A stretch of DNA of 64,000 nucleotides, from assembly GCA_050246755.1 (NCBI GenBank), contig JBFWVL010000001.1, positions 448,001-512,000 of the forward strand, written 5' to 3'. The stretch is from Bacteriovoracia bacterium (lineage in GTDB: Bacteria; Bdellovibrionota; UBA1018; CAIPTA01). Below, piece after piece: positions 59,093-64,000 of this stretch. The first letter of the stretch is position 1; every line of letters begins with the position of its first letter. Position numbers and translations under genes: made by a program. A model generated the notes under the pieces. That model ran no database searches. It worked only from the letters and a program-made list of their open reading frames with translations, and was not told the origin of the DNA.

Positions 59093-59731
59093 TCAGTGCC
59101 CGAGATCGTCGAATTCAAGGTAGACGGACTTTTTGATTTTCAACGTTCCGTGAACCGACCTTAATACCTGGCCTTCCTCCAACGGTTCGTTGGGGGCTGA
59201 AAACGTCACCACCAAATTCACACCGGCACTATCTACTTCCACGAACTGATCGAAGTCGGGCTTGCCGTGGATCACATGCGCCAGCCAACCTTTGCCTCCG
59301 CTGCCAAAGAAAAAACCCGAGAAGGCTTTCGCCGGCAATGTTTCCGGCTTCAGCTTCTGCCGAAAAAGAACCTTCGGCGCGCTCACCTTTACGTTCTCGG
59401 CGATCAACGTTCCGCCCCTTTCAAAATGCCCCCGGTATAATTCTGCGCCAAACGAATGCGGCTTCGCGACCATCTCACCCAGGGCAAAAGGCTCGGGCAC
59501 CAGCGTATAAACAGTTTCTCTGCTTGCCTCTTTACTGGCCTTCAGCTGCGCCATCGTGGCGGCATCGAATTCCGCTTCGAAGATCACTTGGCTGTCGTGG
59601 GGCGCGTGGAACATGGGCAAGTGAGAAAGATAGATTTTCTCCGTGCCGAGCACGAGCATCCCGTGCACTGCGGAGTGCTCCGCCCAGGCAAATCCGGGCA
59701 AGAGCATCAACAACAAATTAAAAATCTTCAT
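59093..59731 (-). CDS. Secreted hypothetical protein with clustered His motifs
   Basis: Signal peptide; VHGMLVLG..LSHLPMFHAPHD, YRGHFERGG and AHVIHGKPDFDQ. Confidence 0.75.
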   Translation of the reverse strand: MKIFNLLLMLLPGFAWAEHSAVHGMLVLGTEKIYLSHLPMFHAPHDSQVIFEAEFDAATMAQLKASKEASRETVYTLVPEPFALGEMVAKPHSFGAELYRGHFERGGTLIAENVKVSAPKVLFRQKLKPETLPAKAFSGFFFGSGGKGWLAHVIHGKPDFDQFVEVDSAGVNLVVTFSAPNEPLEEGQVLRSVHGTLKIKKSVYLEFDDLGH

Positions 59732-60191
59732 GGCTGCACATCCTTCTGCCAACGCAAGGCCGCTCTTTCGCCGGCGGGGCGGTGTCTACGCATTCGAGCT
59801 GGTATTGCTTCGCTTGCTCTCCATTTTCTGAGGGAAGAGTGAATACCCAGTGGTCATAGGAAGAACCGCAGGACTCGCCCCATTGGTGAGAGATATGTGC
59901 TCCGTTCTTCAAGCTGGCGCTACTACTGCCCTGCTCGCCACACCGGGTTGCGCTGCTATGCTTAGTAAAAGCAACGGTTTGCGTATCGCTTTCCTTTCCG
60001 TCCAAGGCAACCTTCACCCAAGCTGATTGAAATTTCTCATTCCAAGAATCAGAGGAAAGGTTATTCCCCCAACCAATGGTTACCCCGTCATTCTCCGTTC
60101 CCGCCACTTTGCATTCCGTCAGCCAGCCCGCTGGAGCCGCCTGTGCCTGCATCGTTACCGCCATCGCCAAAATCCAGAATACGTTCTTCAT
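59718..60191 (-). CDS. Secreted Cys-containing hypothetical protein
   Basis: GGAG RBS; signal peptide ending AQA; six Cys. Confidence 0.65.
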   Translation of the reverse strand: MKNVFWILAMAVTMQAQAAPAGWLTECKVAGTENDGVTIGWGNNLSSDSWNEKFQSAWVKVALDGKESDTQTVAFTKHSSATRCGEQGSSSASLKNGAHISHQWGESCGSSYDHWVFTLPSENGEQAKQYQLECVDTAPPAKERPCVGRRMCSHEDF

Positions 60192-60302
60192 AAAATCTCC
60201 AAAAAAAATTGGCCGGTTCATCCGGCGCAAAGAGAAGTACCCAAGCGGGCCAATTTCGTAAAATTAATAGATTTTATTATCCTATCGATATAATTAATAA
60301 TA

Positions 60303-61151
60303 ATGAGCCTCTCCTCCCTCCAACTCGACGCCTTCCAGGCCGTAGCCGCCGCCAAAACCTTCTCGGCCGCCGCGAAGGCCCTCCACCTCACCCAGAGCGC
60401 CCTCTCCCAGCGCGTGATGAACCTCGAGGAGGAGCTGGGCTCTACCCTATTCATCCGAGAAAGTTCGGGCCTGCGGCTCACAGATTTAGGCGAGAAGCTC
60501 CTGCGCTACTGCCGCTCCCGGTCTTTGCTGGAAGAGGAATTCCTGGGCGCAACGAAAAGCAAAGGCCTGTCGGGGGCCGTGAGGATCGCGGGATTTTCCA
60601 CCGTGGTGCGCTCTCTCTTGGTTCCCATAACGGCTTCCCTGGTAAAAGATCATCCCGACTTGCAAATATCCCTGCAATCGGCCGAGTTGCGGGAATTGCC
60701 GGGACTGCTGGCTTCCGGCGCGGCGGACTACGTTCTGCTCACCCGCGTTCCCGAAAAAAGCGGGATCGAAAGCCAGCTGCTCGGCCACGAAGAAAATGTT
60801 TGGGTCACGGGAAAAGGCAAGCACGCGAGAACGGGCGTATTCCTTGATCACGATGCGGAAGACGCCACCACCGAAGAATTCTTCCGCCTGCAGGGAAAAA
60901 AATCCCCCAAATACAAACGCTCTTACCTGGGCGACATGTATACCATTCTCGAGGGAGTGCGCGCCGGCCTGGGCTCCGCGATCGCGCCTCTGCACATCGC
61001 CAAAGAAATTCCGGGGCTGGAAATCGAGAAGGGATACAAAAACCTGCGGGTTCCGGTCTACCTCGCCTACCACGCCTCGGGCTTTCCCACGAAACTGCAG
61101 AAAGAAGTGGTGACACGACTTCAGCGCGAAGTGCCATTATTGCTAGGCTAG
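60303..61151 (+). CDS. LysR-family transcriptional regulator
   Basis: FSAAAKALHLTQSALSQRVMNLEEELGSTLFIR HTH; divergent from the two secreted genes across an AT-rich spacer. Confidence 0.95.
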   Translation: MSLSSLQLDAFQAVAAAKTFSAAAKALHLTQSALSQRVMNLEEELGSTLFIRESSGLRLTDLGEKLLRYCRSRSLLEEEFLGATKSKGLSGAVRIAGFSTVVRSLLVPITASLVKDHPDLQISLQSAELRELPGLLASGAADYVLLTRVPEKSGIESQLLGHEENVWVTGKGKHARTGVFLDHDAEDATTEEFFRLQGKKSPKYKRSYLGDMYTILEGVRAGLGSAIAPLHIAKEIPGLEIEKGYKNLRVPVYLAYHASGFPTKLQKEVVTRLQREVPLLLG

Positions 61152-61154
61152 TTT

Positions 61155-61181
61155 ACGCAGCGCTTCTCCGCCGCGGAGTTC
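61155..61181 (+). repeat. 27-bp imperfect direct repeat, right copy
   Basis: ACGCAGCGCTTCTCCGCCGCGGAGTTC; overlaps the stop codon of the adjacent glycosyltransferase. Confidence 0.85.
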
Positions 61182-62070
61182 AGCTCACCCGGCGATAATT
61201 CTTATACTGCCCCGGCAACCAGCCCGTGAGGCGCTCGATCCAGCGCGAGATCACCTTGCGCACGTCTTCGGGGCGGAAAATCATGGGCTGGGCCATGAGA
61301 TCCACCTTCCAGCGCTTCTGCTCAATCCGCTCCTTCATGGTGGCGGGATGAGAATCGGTGAAGCGCTCGAGGCCGTAAATACGCTTGTAGATATAATTGT
61401 CGCCGGTGCCGGCCGATCCTTCGGCGTGGTAGAGCTTGTCCATCGCCACGGTTTTTTCCTTCATCACCTCGGGCGGGCGTACCCAGCCATAGTGGAAAAT
61501 TCTGGCGCCGCAATGGAGCACGCGCAGTTTTTCGAAGCGGCCGTTCACTTCGCGGCGAAACCCCTGGGCGTCCTTCCAGCTCACTACGCCGCGATCGAGG
61601 CGAACGGCCCGCACTTCGTGGCGATAGGCGGAAGGATTCCGGTTCACCACGAAGAAATCCCCGTAGAAGTGCACGTAATCGAACAGTAGGCCGTCGATAT
61701 CCTCACGGTTTTTCGCTTCATCGAGAGCCGCGCGGATTTTCGGATAATCTTCCTCGTGCAGAACTTCGTCGGCCTGAAGGTAGATGCCCCATTTTCCGCG
61801 GCAGTAGCTCATCGCGAGGGTGGTCTGCTCGGAAAGAATCAATCCTTCCTTGCGCATCTTTTCGTCCCAGACGGATTCCTTCACCACGATCTTGGGATTC
61901 TCGGCGGCCAAGAATTTTATTTGCGTCAGCGTATCGTCGGTGCCTAAACCCACTACCACCACGAGCTCGTCCACGAGGGGCAGCAGGGAGCGGATGCTTT
62001 CGATAAAGGGATAGTCGTACTGCACGCCGTTGCGGAGCATGGTGAAGCCGCTCACCAAAACTTCAGACAT
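61180..62070 (-). CDS. Glycosyltransferase family 2-like
   Basis: VSGFTMLRNG..YDYPF.ESI.S.LPLVDE, YLQADEVLHE and HYGWVRPP; start ATG 62070 after GGAGG. Confidence 0.88.
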   Translation of the reverse strand: MSEVLVSGFTMLRNGVQYDYPFIESIRSLLPLVDELVVVVGLGTDDTLTQIKFLAAENPKIVVKESVWDEKMRKEGLILSEQTTLAMSYCRGKWGIYLQADEVLHEEDYPKIRAALDEAKNREDIDGLLFDYVHFYGDFFVVNRNPSAYRHEVRAVRLDRGVVSWKDAQGFRREVNGRFEKLRVLHCGARIFHYGWVRPPEVMKEKTVAMDKLYHAEGSAGTGDNYIYKRIYGLERFTDSHPATMKERIEQKRWKVDLMAQPMIFRPEDVRKVISRWIERLTGWLPGQYKNYRRVS

Positions 62071-63112
62071 GGAAACCTCCCACCTTGGTTTCGATCGCAT
62101 GGTAGGCATCGAGCGGATCGAGATCCGCCATGCAGCGATGCTTTTCCTCCACGCATTCCGCGATCCCGCACCAGCGGCCATTGTCCTCGGCCCGGCAATG
62201 CAATTTCGGAATAAAAAATACGGGATGCTCCTCGGTGGAATAAGGGTGCCACTCCACCGGATCCTCGGGGCCAAAGAAAGTGAACGTGGGAGTGCCCACG
62301 GCCACCGCGATATGCTTAGGGCCGGAATCATTGCCCGCGTAGGCCCGCACGGCGGAGGAAGCCTTCGCGAGATCGCGCACGCTGAGCCCCACCGCGTGGA
62401 TGAAATCGCCCTTGCCTCCTCCTTCGGGAATCGCGCGCAATCCTTTTGCCCGCAGCTCATCGAGTACTTTTCCCGCGAAAAGGGCTTCCTCTTCCCCGGG
62501 GCCGGTGATGAAGGCGGGATACAGATCGAGGCGGTCGCGCAGGAGCTCGGCGAGGCGGGCAAAATGCGCCGCGGGCCAGCGCTTGGTGGCGCGGCTCGCG
62601 CCGAGGCCGAAGAGAATCACCTGCTTGCCCTCGAGGCCCCACTTTTTCCAGAACCGCGCGCCCTCGGCGGCTTCGGCCACCGAAAGATAAATCCTCGGCG
62701 TATGGGCCGGAACGGAAATCTGCTCACCGAAAACCGAACGCAGAAAGCACGCGTCCCACTCGAGGGCATTCGGGTGCTTGCCGTAGGCCTTCTCGGTTTC
62801 GTTGTTCTGGTAATGAAACAGTACCTGTCCGGCGCCCGAAGCCCAGGCGAGCCAGCGGGTTTGCGGGGAAGCGTGGAGCTGAAAGAAATAGTCGAATTTT
62901 TCCGCGCGCAGCCTGCCCATATTGGAAAAGAATCCGTCTTCGAAACGATAGATCTTGGCAATTCCGGGATGCCCTTCGAGCACGGGCGCAAAGGCTGCCG
63001 GCACCAGCACCGAAACTTCCGCGGCCGGGAAAGACTTTTTCAGCAGCTCCACCGTGCTCCCGAGAAGAACCGTGTCGCCGAGGGCGCGGCGCTTAGCGAG
63101 GAGAATCTTCAC
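62063..63112 (-). CDS. Glycosyltransferase family 9 (heptosyltransferase-like)
   Basis: ALGDTVL, GAS..TKRWP and GNDSGPKHIAVAVGTPT..FFGP motifs. Confidence 0.92.
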   Translation of the reverse strand: MKILLAKRRALGDTVLLGSTVELLKKSFPAAEVSVLVPAAFAPVLEGHPGIAKIYRFEDGFFSNMGRLRAEKFDYFFQLHASPQTRWLAWASGAGQVLFHYQNNETEKAYGKHPNALEWDACFLRSVFGEQISVPAHTPRIYLSVAEAAEGARFWKKWGLEGKQVILFGLGASRATKRWPAAHFARLAELLRDRLDLYPAFITGPGEEEALFAGKVLDELRAKGLRAIPEGGGKGDFIHAVGLSVRDLAKASSAVRAYAGNDSGPKHIAVAVGTPTFTFFGPEDPVEWHPYSTEEHPVFFIPKLHCRAEDNGRWCGIAECVEEKHRCMADLDPLDAYHAIETKVGGFHV

Positions 63113-63978
63113 TTATGCGCGCCTTCCGGCGGGCGCGCCTCGAGCTTGCGGTGGGAAGCGGCGGCGAGCTCCATCGTCTTGCGGGGATCGGGCAAAATCC
63201 CGAGCTTTCCTTCCGCATCGAGCTGCTGGATCTGCCAGAGCTTGATGTGGCGAACGGTGCGCGAAACGCCTTCCATGAGGCAAATCACGAAGCCGTGCGC
63301 CCCGTCGCGGTAGCCACCGTAGTAAAAATAATTTTTCCACCAAGTGGCGAAGAAGGCCACGCCGAGATGGAAGAGCGAAGTGCGCTGCCCGGACTGGTAG
63401 CGATCGAAGGCCTCGATCGTGGTATAGCGGTTCATCTTCTCGAAAAAACTCTCGGCCGTCACGTTGGGATTGTGCTCGAGCACCGCGGTTTCCGGCGCGT
63501 ACACGAAGCCGCCTTCCACCAGGGGATACTCGTGGATATCGCCGATATAGTTCGCCTTCGCTCGGCGGAAGAAGCGGTCCTGGAAAGAAGGGTTCCAGCA
63601 GGCGCCGTAGATCCTTTGCCCGAGAAAAAATTCGGTGCGTTTGATTTTGTAGCCGTGGATATTTTCCTTATCTTTTCCCTCGCGGAAAAAGCTCTCCAGC
63701 CACTTCACTAATTCCGGGCTCACGGCCTCGTCGGCATCGAGCACCAGCACCCAGTCGCAACGTGCCTCGCGGAGAGAAAAATTTCTTTGGTCGCTGAAAT
63801 TAGTCCAGGCACGCTGGATCACGCGGGCACCGGCGGCGCGGGCGATTTCGACGGTGCGATCGGTGGAGAATGCATCGATGATCACCACGTCTTCGGCAAA
63901 CTGCACGCTGGCCATCGCGCGGCCGATATGGGCTTCTTCATTGCGCGCAATCATCACTACGGAAATGGGTAATTTCAC
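63109..63978 (-). CDS. Glycosyltransferase family 2 (WaaE/LgtF-like)
   Basis: ISVVMIARNEE, DAFSTDRT, QRNF, WVLVLDADE and YRDGAHG motifs. Confidence 0.9.
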   Translation of the reverse strand: MKLPISVVMIARNEEAHIGRAMASVQFAEDVVIIDAFSTDRTVEIARAAGARVIQRAWTNFSDQRNFSLREARCDWVLVLDADEAVSPELVKWLESFFREGKDKENIHGYKIKRTEFFLGQRIYGACWNPSFQDRFFRRAKANYIGDIHEYPLVEGGFVYAPETAVLEHNPNVTAESFFEKMNRYTTIEAFDRYQSGQRTSLFHLGVAFFATWWKNYFYYGGYRDGAHGFVICLMEGVSRTVRHIKLWQIQQLDAEGKLGILPDPRKTMELAAASHRKLEARPPEGAHK

Positions 63979-64000
63979 TTTTTCAGCCTCATCCAGGTTC

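Noticed and set aside
62071-62562. Extended N-terminus making a 460-aa glycosyltransferase
   Set aside because: It lies inside the GT9 gene in another frame; GGAGG precedes ATG 62070.
63975-64000. 3' end of an upstream minus-strand gene whose stop overlaps the GT2 start (GTGA)
   Set aside because: Only a few codons are visible, too short to identify.

Overview
A gene-dense, moderately GC-rich chromosomal window with no rRNA, tRNA, CRISPR array, transposase or integrase that I can see. The gene content (Glt gliding-apparatus homologues, type III glutamine synthetase, a CHASE2 kinase with a sigma-54 activator, many secreted orphan lipoproteins) suggests a Bdellovibrionota-like or delta-proteobacterial organism; this is inference. 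Main blocks: lolC/E (partial), lysS, Mrp, anmK with a 3D-domain protein, lpxC, ribF and a two-component system (1-15 kb); a roughly 30 kb minus-strand run with the pur operon (purF-E-C-D-N-L-Q-H-M), a 2017-aa single-chain AddB-AddA fusion, a gltA/B-C-D(E)-F-G cluster and GS III (15-45 kb); secreted proteins with recO, galE and gmhB (45-56 kb); and an LPS cluster interrupted by a three-gene islet bounded by 27-bp direct repeats (56-64 kb). Most notable: the AddBA fusion with two Cys4 nuclease domains, a double-length PurE in an operon lacking purK, two sigma-54 promoters (lpxC and a metalloprotease), about 11 apparently leaderless genes, and secreted orphans with caspase-like and ADP-ribosyltransferase-like motifs. 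All calls come from motif reading by eye; no searches were run.
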